DNA from: Cyanophora paradoxa CCMP329
Taxonomy: Eukaryota; Plantae; Glaucophyta
Direction of reading: 5' to 3'
Assembly: GCA_004431415.1 (NCBI GenBank)
Contig: QPMI01000496.1
Coordinates: 124,001-188,000 of the forward strand
DNA: 64,000 bases
The first letter of the stretch is position 1. Every line of letters begins with the position of its first letter. The translations under genes were made by a program, and so were the position numbers. The notes under the pieces are model-generated. The model was not told the DNA's origin. It did not search any database and worked only from the letters and a program-made list of their open reading frames with translations. This document shows positions 24,375 through 36,567 of this stretch, in pieces.

Positions 24375-26600
24375 ATGACAGAAACGGCAGTAGATTTGAG
24401 GTCAGCCGGCCGCACTGCGCTCCGTAACGCCCGCGCTGACCGCGTGTGCTCAAACCACGCGCAGCGGGCCCGACGCTATCGCGGACCACGTATCGGGACA
24501 TGGAGGTAGTGCGGAAAGCCGTTTCGAATCCCGCCTGCTGGGCCTGCTCCGCAAGGGGCTCCACTCGCTCTCGCTGGGACCGGACGATGTCTCGGCGGGC
24601 GCCAACCTTGACCGCCAGGTCCGGCCAGCGCACACCGCAGGCCCTCCCCCGCGCGGCGCTTACGCGTGCGCAGAATGTGTTTGTAAAGTATTTGCCATCG
24701 GAGCTCACAGATCAGGGCCTGTACCAGGTCCGATTCCCGCGCCCCCGCCTTGCGCGTGCAGTTGACCCCAGCGCGGCCTTCGTGTAGCTTTTTTCGCCTT
24801 TTGGTGGTATTGTGTCGGCGAAGGTGATGGTTGATCACCAGACCGGGAACAGCCTGGGTTACGGGTGCGCTTCGCAAGCTTCGGCGTCAACCCCGCTGGT
24901 CAGCAGGCCGAGCTGATCCCGCCCGCCCCGCAGCTTCGTCCGGTACCAGTCGCCGGAAGAAGCCCAGAACGCAATAGCGCAGGTCTGCCACACGCCCCGC
25001 CCCCGATCTTCCCCACGGCCTCTGATCATCGCGACCGCAGATGAATGGAATGCGTGCGCTCGGGCCCCGCGGTCGCCAGTCGCTCCCCCCGACGCCCTCG
25101 CAGGGATAGGAAACAAGACGCTCCTGTGCAAGCTCTCGAACTCGTCCCCAGCCTCCTCGAACACCCCCGGATCCCCCTCTGCGGAGCCCTCGAACAACCT
25201 GTACATCAAGCCGCTGCAGACGTCCACTACGGAAGGTGCCCCCGAATCGCATCCCGTTCTTGAACACGGGCCGCACGCACCGTAACGCCCCCCCTTCTGC
25301 GCTCCGCAGCCGACCTCCGGAAAATGTTCCAAGCATTCGGGGAGATCGTCGACGTCAAGGTTATGGTGCGCGCCAGCGTTCGAAATCCGAACGAACCGCG
25401 GATTTAATTTTCGCCCGGTCCAGGTCGATCGCCAGACGGGCGTCTCCCGCCAGATCGGATTCGTGCGCTTCGAGCGGGTGGAGGACGCCACGAAGGCGGC
25501 GCTCCAGATGAACGGCCTGAAGCTCGACAACAACGCGCCCCCCCTCGTGGGTTCGTTCGCTCGCTCGCTCGCTCGCCGGATTCCCGCCGCTGAGCGCGCT
25601 GCGCGCGGCAGTCAAGTACGCGGAGTCGGACGACCAGAAGCGCATGCGCCGCGCCAAGCAGCAGCAGCGCCAGGAGCTCGTCGCCTCCCGCAAGTCCGGG
25701 CTCTCGACGGGCAGCAGCCCCACGCCCTTCGCCTACGTCCCCCCCGCCGTGCGGCCCGCGCCCGCCGTCCCTCTCTGCCCCCCAGCCCCTCGCTCCTTAC
25801 CTGGGGCCGCGCAGCCGCCCGGCGTTCCTCCGCTGTACATGGATGGGGGCGCGGTGCGCCCCCTTTCCTTTCCTTTCCTTCTTTTCGCTGCCATCGCCGC
25901 CGACGACGGAACCGAGCGTGCCGCCTCGCAGGCGATCATGCCGAGCCCGCTGTACCCCTCCCTCCTCTCCTCCGTGCCGTACATGGGGTCGAGCGATCTC
26001 TTCGGAAACGCGCTGTACGCCACGGGCGCCTCCAACGCCTCTGCTTTCTCGTCCAACATCTCCGCCGTGCGCCGCTTTCAAATCCCCGCTCCGCCCCGCC
26101 CTGGATCTGATCGTGCCCCCCGCCCCGCCCCGGCCCGCAGGACGCCAGCAATCTTTTTGTCTTCCACCTTCCCAGCGAGGTCGACGACGCCCGCCTCGCC
26201 GCGCTTTTCGCGCCGTTCGGCCACATAGACTCGGTCAAGGTGCCCCCGATGTGTTCCCCCCGGTTGCTACAGCCCTGCTGACGAGTGCTTCCCCCCCCCC
26301 CCCCCCCCCCCCCCCGCAGGTTATTACAGACAAGGTCACAGGTGAATCGAAGGGATATGGATTTGTGAAGTTCTCTCGCCTAGAGGGTACGCTTTTGTGC
26401 AACACCTCGCCTTGATCCACCCTTTGTGACGCATGCCATGCAGATGCCATGCGCTCTGTTGCTTCTATGAATGGGTTTAAACTAGGTAACAAGCATCTTA
26501 AAGGTCAGCGTTACCTTCCTTTTACACCTTTGCTTCAACTGATAATCAGTCTCGCCGCGCCGCAGTATCTTTTAAGACAGCGGGCCCCGGCCTTCGGTAA
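24375..26600 (+). CDS. ELAV/CELF-like RNA-binding protein with three RRMs
   Basis: RRM1 NVFVKYLP..SLGYGFVRY, RRM2 NLYIKPL..SRQIGFVRF, RRM3 NLFVFHLP..ESKGYGFVKF..MNGFKLGNKHLKVSFK; stop TAA 26598-26600. Confidence 0.92.
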
Positions 26601-26728
26601 TCTCTACCCTAGTGTATTCCCTTCAATGTATGTGACTCTGTGTGTGGCGGAAGCCAACTGCGAGTTTAATTAAATGAACCTTAAACCGCGCGAAGACCCG
26701 AGGGCTCCGAGAGGTGACGTGTACTGAG

Positions 26729-26957
26729 TCATGCCCCTGCGGCACCTCACCCTCTCGGGCTCCCACTGCAGCTGGTCCCGCCCTATACTGCCCTGATATT
26801 CCGACGCGCACGCGCCCCGGCCCCGGGGGCTTTCCAGGCGCCCGCGCTGCAATATTAATTTGCAACAGCTTCGAAGTCCCCGACAGTCGACCTCACCCCA
26901 CGCCGCACGCCCAGCTCGCCGACGTCCGAAAGGCTTTATCGGCCTACCTTGCAAACT
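26729..26957 (+). pseudogene. Degenerate, deleted duplicate of part of the gene at 27961-28404
   Basis: Collinear matches TCATGCCCCTGCGGCA, TATACTG.CCTGAT, GCGCACGCGCCCCGGCC, TTTCCAGGCGCCCGCGCTGCAA, CACGCCGCACGC.CAGCT.GCCGACG.CCGAAAGGCT...CTTGCAAAC. Confidence 0.8.
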
Positions 26958-28158
26958 TAGTACTAGTACTAGTCACTGAGTCCGATCTATCAAACAGGGG
27001 CCTGCATGGCGCGCGGCCGGCTGGGCCTGCTTCTCGGGGCTAGGCCTGACGGCTGGAGAAGGGGCGGGACGAGGGAGCAGAGGCAAGGAGAGGGGGTGGG
27101 GGAGGAGGGAGGGCGGGAGGAAAAGGGGAGGGGGGGGATCGGCTGCCGCAGTGCGGGGGTACCGGTGAGAAGGGAGCCGCCGACCTGAGCTCGATCGCGA
27201 GGGTCCAACCCGAGCCCGCTCAGAGTACCATACTTTCGTAGGGTGCGTGCCGACGAGCGCCCTACAGATACGTGTATACGGAGCCGGCGAGGATGAGGGC
27301 GAGGGCGCGGGCGAGGGCGAGGGCGGCGCGCACGCACCCTCGATTCAGTCGCTCGAGCCCAAGCGAAAGACGCCGTGTCACGGAGGTAGCCTTCCTGCGC
27401 GGGCGCTGATCGATGTAGCGGAACGGCACCGTGCGGGCGCGCGGCCGCGCCGCAGAGCGGAGAGGCGGCGGGGCGGCGAAGCCGCCTGCAAACGAGGCTC
27501 GCTGCGCGTGCAAAGGAGGGCGGGCGGGAGGGCGGCCGCGGCGAGCCAGGTCTATATCTAGGCGGGCGACTCGGCGACGTCGACGTCGACCGCGCTCCGC
27601 CAGCCTTGCGATCGGAGCCTCCCCGACCCTGCGCCAGTTACCTGCGCATGCGGCGGCCTGAAGGAGTCACTGCTTGGGCGGCGGGAAGTTGGGCCGCGCG
27701 CCGCTTACATACTGCAGCTTGGCATGCCGGCGGCCGCACTAGTACTTATACCAGCTGCGCTTGCAGCCGCTGCTTCCAACACTGCACTGCGGCAGCCTCG
27801 CCCAGCCACGGCACCAGGCTTAAGCGCGACAGCTGGCGCATGCAGCAGCATTGCACTGCAGCTGCTAGGACTGCGGCGCCTTTGGCTTCGAGAATTCGAT
27901 CGCCGTGCCGGCGCCGGCCTCGCCATCAACGCCTTCCCCGATTCCGTTCCCCCCGTCTAGTCATGCCCCTGCGGCATCTCAACACCCCCCCCTCCCCCTC
28001 CCCCCCCCACCACTGTCCCGCCTTTTATACTGTCCTGATCGACCGCCCGATCTTCTGTAGCCCCTTCGAGGCTTCCGGCAAGATCTGCGCCGTGAGCAGT
28101 CTGCTGCAGCTGAGAGACTTGGGCGCGCTCGACCTCCAGCCCTGCAGCGAGTCGAGCC

Positions 28159-28899
28159 ATGCTGCTCGCCAAGATCAGGCAGCTCGAGCAGAGCCCCGAT
28201 GCGCGGTGCGGAGGCTACGACGACGATTTCCTCGCGTACGAGCACCAGCACTGGGCGATGGGCCCCTGCAGCACGACCGAGGCGCACGCGCCCCGGCCGT
28301 CGATTTCCAGGCGCCCGCGCTGCAACAGCTTTCCCGACAGTCACTCCACGCCGCACGCTCAGCTTGCCGACGCCCGAAAGGCTCTCTCAGCTCATCTTGC
28401 AAACGTAGTGCGATCTGTCGTGCAAGTAGTTGACAGAGCGTCCGCGCACGGCGATCGGTCGGTCCTTCTTCACGCAGGTTCGCTGCTCCGCGATTTTATG
28501 CCAAGATTGCGAACTTATCTCGATCCGCGCGCAGTAAGCCAGCATTTGGAACAGTACAGTAAGAGCTACCTCGCTCTCCGCGCGCTCGACGTGTCGATCG
28601 CACAGCGCGTTTTCTGCAAAGCCTACCAGGTTTGGACGATTGCGTGCTCGTCCACACGTGGATCTGACAGGGGTCAGCAGGATTACCAAGAAGAGGCTCG
28701 GAGGCTCGCGCACGCAAAGAACCGGCTTGCCCGCCGCTGGAAGCCGGCGTGCGGCGCGCTGGAGGAGGAGTCGGACGAGGATTCGTCGGACAGCGAGGAC
28801 GACAGTCTCCGGCGCGCGTCCTCGGACTGGATCAGCGAGCGCTCCTTGTCGATCGGCAGCTGCGACTCCAGCGACAGCTCGCCCGCCTCCTCCCCGTGA
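28159..28899 (+). CDS. Hypothetical helical protein with acidic/Ser-rich C-terminus (may extend upstream; probably contains two in-frame introns)
   Basis: 246-aa ORF with non-repetitive, protein-like composition; GC/GT donor and cag acceptor pairs inside; no family recognised. Confidence 0.55.
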   Translation: MLLAKIRQLEQSPDARCGGYDDDFLAYEHQHWAMGPCSTTEAHAPRPSISRRPRCNSFPDSHSTPHAQLADARKALSAHLANVVRSVVQVVDRASAHGDRSVLLHAGSLLRDFMPRLRTYLDPRAVSQHLEQYSKSYLALRALDVSIAQRVFCKAYQVWTIACSSTRGSDRGQQDYQEEARRLAHAKNRLARRWKPACGALEEESDEDSSDSEDDSLRRASSDWISERSLSIGSCDSSDSSPASSP

Positions 28900-30152
28900 G
28901 ATTGCGAGACCGCCAGCGGCCAGCAAAGCCCTGGCGGCCAGCTATACAGCAGCCGTTCGACGCATTAGGGTCAGGCTGTACATTGCGGCGCGGCGCGGCC
29001 CTGGCGACGCCGACCCGCCGCGCCGCCTATGGATATTCCTCCTGGGGGTTCCGCGATCTCGGCCGGCCCGCCACCGTCCCGAGGCCCCCTTCGGCGATGT
29101 ATTTTATTCGATTCGGAGTAGTCCGCAGTGGTTATTAGGTCGACGTCCCCACATCCGGACTTTCTTCCTTCCGCTCGTGTCACTTAGTTTTCCCTTTTTG
29201 CAATTCGTTCGCTTTACTTCCTTTTTCGCTTCTTCGCATTCCTCTTCCTCCCCATTGGTGAGCTGAGCTTGCCTACAGTTTTGAATGTCGCGACGCGGCT
29301 CACAGATGGTTTTTCAAGGTTCCTCCAGCCAGAATTACGTAGCGTAGTATAGGAACTTGCGTTCTCGCTTCTTGTAACAGTAACTAACGCCCTTACGATC
29401 CGATTGACACTCATACGTAGACAGGCTGTACACGCATCTTATAACACGGTTAGCTCGTCCTGTAGAGCTCGGATACGTACTCGTGGCCTCATAATTTCCC
29501 GTGTAGTTGTCGAAAGTGCCTGTCAAGTTTGTATTTCTTCGTAGCCTGGGGTAGCTCAAGGGTTAGATGTAGGCTCGCGCTCTTGCATATTTCCGCTGTC
29601 TATTTCAATCAACTGAACTCTTTACACTCCATATGCATGCCACCGGCGGCGAGTCGGGCACTGCCTATCTGAGCCTATCCTATCTGCCTATAGCTATCGA
29701 CTCTCATGAGCCTCGGACTCGGGAGTCGACGTCTCGTGCATATATCATGATCATATGCATATGCATGATCATGATAACGCCGCCTTTAATTCGCTCGAAA
29801 TAGCGCGGCTCGAGTCGCCGCGGCGCTGTCGCAGCACTACTACTGCGCCAGTGCGATTGAGCGCGCGCTCAATCGATATCGCAAGCCATTCAAGATGTGT
29901 TAAAAAATATTTCGAGTGCAGTTGCGGTTTCGATATGTCAAACTTAGCGTGATTCGAAATTCAAGACTCTGTAATCTGTCCTGCATACACTCTAACTGCC
30001 TTATTCGTGTACATCAACGAAGGCCTCTGTCGCTCTTCGATGAAAGCTGCTTAGATTCGACGGTGAATAGCTGCCTGAAACTGATTCTGCTTTCGCGAAA
30101 TTCTGACTGATGAAAAACTGAATGTGACTAAATGCGCTGCGGCATCTCAAGA

Positions 30153-31361
30153 TCAGAGCTTGAGCTCACAGCTGCGGGAAGCATGTGAGGGCAGGACGGA
30201 TTGAAGGTGGCGAAGCGCGTACCCGTCCTTGCCGCACTTCGGGCGGCCCGTGATGGTGAGGCGGTTCGCGGCCCAGACATCGTAGACGCGGTCAAAGACC
30301 GGGCTGGCGGCGCTTGGAGTGAGAAATCCCAGCAAGCCTAAGGCTGGGTGTGTCGAAACCGTACCGGAGGCCGGGCCAGGCGGTCGGGGCGTATATCCAG
30401 CCGAGGCCGATGGCTTTGTAAGTGCGCCGGAAGACTTCCATGCCGACGACACTGCTGCCATCGGGAAGCACAGCGTGGATCTTGTCCATCGCCTCGTCCC
30501 ACGAAACGCCGCCGTTCATCGCGGGGTCGTAGTTGGGGTCGGCGATGTCCTGCAGCGCCATCAGCGGTGGTCAGCTTCGTCGGCGGTGCTTAGCACCGTA
30601 GCGGTGGTCAAACCTCGAAAATTATCTTGCCTGCCTTGTCCTTCGACTTCAGGAAATCAACCTCCTTGACGCAGATCTGTTGAACACGGTAAGCAACTGT
30701 CCTGCCATACGCGCAAGGGGAACCCGCCGGGAGGGCGGGGAGGCAGGCTAAGGTAACTGCGAACTGAAACGGTTCGAGCGCCGGTTCGAAAACAGGCTGA
30801 ACAATGTGCTGGGCGGGGCTCGCTAGAGCACAAGATACATATCAAATGCTGCTCATCCCGCTTCCTGCTGCGGGCTAGCTGCAGGTTTGGGTGTACGTAT
30901 AGAACGAAAGGCCGCGAGTTGATTCTGCCTCGCTCCAGGATGCCGAAACCCGCGACTAATTGCGTTTCCGGGAACAATAAACGCACCGGGCACTCGCCGT
31001 CATACAAGAGCTTGATCTCCGCGCCCTCGGGCCATTCGTACTTTTTGGTCATGGCACGCTCCTCGAGCGGGGCGGCGTCGAACGCCTGAGCGGCGTCAAA
31101 AGAAGCTTTGCACAAATCCCAGCAAAAACGGCAGACCGCAACGGGCGGAGTGGGAAAACTAGGAAGGGCCTGCGGCCTGCTGGCGGCCGAAAACGTGCGG
31201 ACCGGCCGAACGCTGGGAACGAAAGCTGTGCTAAGGATGACGCGCTGAGGCCGCCTGGCTGACTGGACGCCGCACGCCTGGGCGCAGGCGTTCGCGCGCG
31301 TGACCGGAGCGGAACGGCTGACCGCCGCGGAGACGGCGGTGAACGTTGAAAACGCGCTCAT
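30153..31361 (-). CDS. DCC-family (DUF393) thiol-disulfide oxidoreductase, plastid-targeted
   Basis: KLLYDGECP|ICVKEVDFL (DxxCxxC), DIADPNYDP..IHAVLPDG..VGMEVFRRTYKAIGLGWIY..YDVWAANRLTITGR; MSAF- transit peptide; ends KCGKDGCELKL*. Confidence 0.92.
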
Positions 31362-31789
31362 GTTTCGCTTTGTAAGGTTGCCCGCGCCGGTGCGAGACCT
31401 AGGACCAAGTGCCGCAAATCAGTGTCACAGTGTAGTGCCGGGGTACCTGTTGCGAAGGTTGAACGTCATCCCCACCCTGGATGTGCAGCTACGCACGTGC
31501 ACGCATGCGCAGCGCCGGCGCTCGGCGGCCGGCGCCGGCCGCGCCGCGCACCGCGGCCGTTTCGGATGGCGTGCTTTTGATCCGATGATCAGGGTCATGA
31601 TCATGACTTATGAGTCGCATACTATGATAGCAACGCTGATTGCTAGGACCGGAGCGCCGCGCATGAGCAGCGCTAGCGCGCGAGCTAGCGCTGGGCTCTC
31701 GAAGCACGTGGCCGCGGCCCGCGGCCGCCGCGGCCTGCAGCGCTAGCTGATCTGACTCATGAGCGCCGGCGCCGGCGCTGCTGGCCGAA

Positions 31790-34700
31790 TACCTACACGG
31801 GCGAAGTGTGTGCTGGCCACCAGCCCCCTTGGCCTCCGGTGCTGCCGCGGCCGCGGCCGCGGCCGCGGGGCGGGCCTGCACCCGGTCCTCCGCGCCCCGC
31901 GCCCCGACTGCCGCGGCCGCCAGGCCCGCCGGCGCCCCGCGCGACGCCGGCGCCCCGGCCGCGGGGCACGAAGCCCCGCCCCGCGGCTGGGCCTCGCTCT
32001 GGGGTCCCCTGCGTGGGGTACCAGCCGCGAGGGGGCGTGGCCATGACCCGGCCCCGGCCGGAGGGGTACCGGGGCCGGAGGAGGGTCGCCGGCGGCGGGG
32101 CCGAGTGCTGCGCGCGGAAGCGGAGCCTGCGGGAGCTGCGGGGCGGACGAACAGTGAGCGCCCTCCCCGTCGCTCGCGACGGGGCGACGCCGACGAGGCG
32201 GGCGGGCGGGCGGGCGGGCGGGCGGGCGGACCGGAGGAGCTCGTCCCAGCGGCCCCGGGCGGCCTCCATGCGCCCGAGGAGCGCCCCCGCCGCCGGCGCC
32301 TGCGCCAGCGCCGCGCGGGCGGCGTCTGCGTCGCCCGCGGCGGCGGCCTCCTGGGCGGCGGCGAGGGCCCGCAGCGCCGCCTCGGCCTCGGCCGCCAGCT
32401 GCCCCGCCGCCTCCAGCTCCTCGTACGCCGAGGCCTGGGCCCCGCCCCCGCAGCCGCCGCCGGTGAGCGAGGGGCGCGCCGGCCCGGCTCCAGAGGGGGG
32501 GGGGGAGGCAAGAGGGCGATGAGAGTCTCTCTTGGAGAGCCTTTCCGACATTCTCGCCGCTTTTGCATGGGAGGCGGACCTGCAGGGCGCGCTGGGAGCT
32601 CGCCGAGTCCGCCGCCGCCGACGGGAGGCACGCCCGCAGCGCCGAGGCCGTCCACGGCGCCCCTGCGCTATTTTTAGACGCGGGGCGGGGCGGTGCGGGG
32701 GTACGCGGGTGGCGGGGGTGGGGCGGGGGGTACCGGAGTAGAGGGAGCGGAGGTTGGCGTCGAGCTCGGACCAGGAGGCGGCGGGGACGCCGGCCTGCCC
32801 CGCCCCTGAGAAGAAGGGAAGGCGGGGGGGGGGGGGGGGAGGGGGGGGGGGGAGGGGCGGGCCTCGCGGGCGCGCTGGCAGCAGATGGCGTCCCCGGAGA
32901 GCAGGACCAGGTTCACCGGCCCCGCCCCCGCCCCCGCCCCCGCCTCGCCCTGTCCCCGATCGAGTTCAGCCGGCCGGGCCGGGGGAATCGGGGCCCGGCG
33001 GGGGGTACACGAGGGCGCACGTTCCCGGGGGAAGAAGAAGTCTGCCCGGCGGCCTGCATGCGTCCCCGCAGTTGATCAGGGGGCGATGGGTCGGCTGGGT
33101 TTCATAGCAGCTGAGAGAGGAGTGGGGGAGGAGGGGGGGTACGCGCCTGGAGCTCCCGCGCCGCGTCGCGCATTACGAGGAGCGCCACATCAATGATGAG
33201 GCCTGGGGGGTACGGGGTGGGCGGCGGGAGGGGGAGGGGGGAGAAGAGGGGCTGGCGCACCGTCCTTGTCCTTCCGCGGGGCGGAGCCGACGATGGGCGA
33301 GCGACCAGGGGTACTGCGCACCCCAGATTCAAAAGAGGTCGAAGGAGAGCGGAGACTACGTACCTCGAGACGACGCGGAGGTCGTCGTAGCGTACCCGGT
33401 CCTCGCCCTCCACCCGATCCAGGACCTGAGGGGTACGGGATAACATCCAACCGTGTGCGGGTTGCGAATATGGGGTACGGCGCGCCTCGAGAAACCCGAG
33501 GGCCTTGCAGGCGTTCACGTATCTGTCGGAAAGGAGTGTTGGAAGTACAGTTTCCTTCCGGAACGCGGGGAGGGGTACGGATGCTCGCCCGTCGTCGCGG
33601 AAGAGGGAGGAGACGCGACGCCTGCAGTCCTGCGGGCGACGGGGGCGGGGCGGAGCTAAGAGCTGCGGGCGGGCGGGCGGGCGGGCGCCGCGGGCGCGGG
33701 GCGGACCGGGCGGTGCTTAAGGCCGTCCAGCTCGCCTCGCACCGTGTCTGATCGAATCCCAGGATGTCAGGCGGCGAACTTGGGCAGCCCCAAAGCTTGG
33801 TACGCGCAGCAGCAGCCTAGGCGCCGGCTGGGGAGGCGGCTGGGAGCCGCGGGGCTCCTTCCCAAGCCGCCGCCGGCGGCCGCGGGGCGCGGGGCGCGGG
33901 ACGCACCGGTGATGAGGAAGACGACGGCCTCGGACTCGTCGCCCCCCGCCGCCCCCGCCCCGAACGCCCCCCGCCGCGCCTGCCCCCGCCCGCCCCTCAG
34001 CTCCACGCCGGCCCGCCCTTCTCCTCTCCCCGAGGGGGGTACGCGCGCGCCCGCTCGAGGAGGGCAAAGAAGGTGAAGCCGTCCCCCCCGTGGCGCTCGT
34101 CCGCCATCTCCAGGACCACCTGCGGGTACGCCGTTTTCGGAGGGGGGGGGGGGGGGGTGGGGGTCGCGGGCGCCGGGGGCGCCTCTAACGTGTCCAGATT
34201 CCGCAGCGGGCGGGGCGGGGCGGGGGGGGGGGGGGGGCTGGGGGCGCACGTTCGTGTCGAGGAGGAGGAGCATGGGGAGGGCGGGGGCCCCCGCGGGCCG
34301 CGGCCCGGCCCCCTGCGGCGTCGCCTCCGCCCCAGGCCCCTGCAGCCCCTCCGCCTCCTCCTCCTCTTCCTCCTCCTGCTTCTCCGGCTCGGCCCCCGCT
34401 GCTTCTTCCTCACTCTCGTCCCCGCCCTCTTCCTCCCGGGCTTCGGCTCCGGCTCCTGCCGCCTCGGCCGCCGGGGGCGCCGCCTGTACCTGTACCCCCG
34501 CTTCGGCCTCCGGGGCCGGCCCGGCCGCCCCTCCCTCCTCCTCTTCGGTGTCCTGCTGCGCCTGAGGCGGGGGGTACGGGCCGGGCACGAGCGCCGGCTC
34601 GGGCGCACGGATGCGACGTAGATGGGCGTACCCCGGCCCAGGCCGCGCCCGCGTCCCCGCGGGGTGCCTCGCGCCAGGCCGCCCCGGGGGCCCGGCGCCA

Positions 34701-36400
34701 GCGGCGAGCTGTGATCGGTTTGAGAAGGGCGGTCGGCCGAGGAGAGCAGCGAGGGCGGCTGGGCGCACCCGCGGGCGTTTCCGCGGCCGGCCCGGCCCCG
34801 AGGGGGCGGCGTGCCCCCCCGATCGTACCCGCTGTACCCCAGAGCCTCCGCGTCGGGGTACCGGTGCGCCGGCCGCGCGGGGGCGCCCCCGATGTGCATC
34901 CTGCGGGCGGCGCCGCGGTACCGGCTCAGTCAGCGGCCCCGCTCTCGATCTCCTCCCCGGACGATCCCCGGCGCCCCCGGCTCGGCTCGGCGCGGGCGGA
35001 GCGGGGCGAAGCGCGTGTACCCCGCGCACCGCTGGAACAGGAACTGGATGCTGACGCGCTGCGCCTGGAGCCAGGGCAGGTGCACCTGCTCGCGATCAGG
35101 TGAGAGGGGACGGGGCGGTGGTCGGGGGACGGTTTCGCGGCGCGCCATGGGCCCCGGGCGGAGGTGGCAGCGCCGGATGTCGCAGGCGCCGCCGCGCTCC
35201 TTCGCGAAGCAGTAGGAGACGCCCTCCCTGGGGGCGAGGCGTGGGGGGGGCCGTGAGGGGGACGCGGGGGGCCGGGGGCGAGCAGCTCGTTGCGTCGAGA
35301 GGGGCGGAGGAGAGGCGCCGGAGCCGACTCGGAGCTAGACAGACTACGCTAGCAGGTCCCAGGCGAGGAGGGGAGAGCACCGGGCCATGAAATCGAGGCA
35401 GGCTCCGTCGTCGATTTTGTTGTACTCGACGCGGAGCCAGAGGGGGCCCAGGTGCCCCGGCTTCCTCCCGTGCTGCGGGGGGATGAGGCGAGGAGCGGGC
35501 GGGGCGGGGCGGGGTGGGATAGACGGGGCGGGGAGGGCCCCTCGCCTGGTCGCGGATCGCGAGGAGGATCGGCTTGAGCCCCTCCAGCGTCAGGCGGCAG
35601 TGCGAGAGGTGGATCCTGCCCGCCGCGCCCGGAGACGCTCGGTCGGCGCGGCTCGGACTCGAATTTCAAATCGAGCCGCGCGCACTCCTGGATGGGGAGG
35701 AGGTTGGCCCGCACGATGGACGCGATGGCCGCGCCCGCCTCGTCGTCGACGCGGTTCTGCGCGCCGCCAAGAATCGAGTTCGAATTCGAATTCGAATTTG
35801 AATCGATCCGGGGCGGGGCACCTTGAAGAGGCGCAGGATGCGCACGGACGCGTACTCGGCCAGGGACGCGAGCGCCGCGCAGAGCGTACGCACGCCGGCG
35901 CTCCCGATGTCGTTGTTCTCCAGGCAGCTGTCGCGGGGCGCTCCGCGCTCGCACAGCGGGAACGAGTGAGAGCGGGGCTGGGGGCGCGCACATATCGAGG
36001 GCGACCAGGAAGCGCGGGGCGCGCCGCGGGCGGTCCGGAGAGCCGCCATCCTGGCTCTCCTGCTCCGCAGGCGGCGCCGGGGAGCCGGCGGCGCCCGGCT
36101 TGTTGAGCGCCAAGGAAGCCGCCATGACTTCCTCGCGCAGCTCGTCGCAGATGACGCGCAGCTCATCATCGCTCACACTAGCGTTCGGAAGGTCGATCTG
36201 CGGCGCGTACGCGCGGCGGGTGCGCTCATGATCAGGGGGCGTGGATGGGCGCGCGGCGCGCGCGTGCCCGCACAGGAGGATCGGGGGCTGGAGGGTCGGG
36301 CGTGCCCCGCGCTAGCAGTCACAACACGCACCCTGCGTTTCTTCTGGGGGTCCACGGGGTCCGCGCGAACGCCGCGGCGCAGCTCCGACTCGCGGTCCAT
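31790..36400 (-). CDS. RNI-type LRR protein with C-terminal PIN (SWT1/PIN_4-like) ribonuclease domain; 3' end approximate
   Basis: LRR exons CLENNDIGSAGVRTL, ILRLFKNRVDDEAGAAI, IHLSHCRLTLEG, PLWLRVEYNKID; PIN motifs LLLLDTN, VFLITDTVRGELDGLK, KDKDGLIIDVAL, VLLSGDAICCQRAREAGVP. Confidence 0.7.
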
Positions 36401-36567
36401 CGTTCGCGCGTTGCGCTATCTCCGGTGGCGCTTAATGATGCTCTGACGCAGCCGATGCAGGAGGGCTGGCGTTCTGAGAAATGTGACCTGACAGGGGTAC
36501 ACAGTCGACAGCCTGTCCCAGCAAAGTTGTTTCGCGCATTGTTGCCGATCAAGTAGCTTACGGCAGC

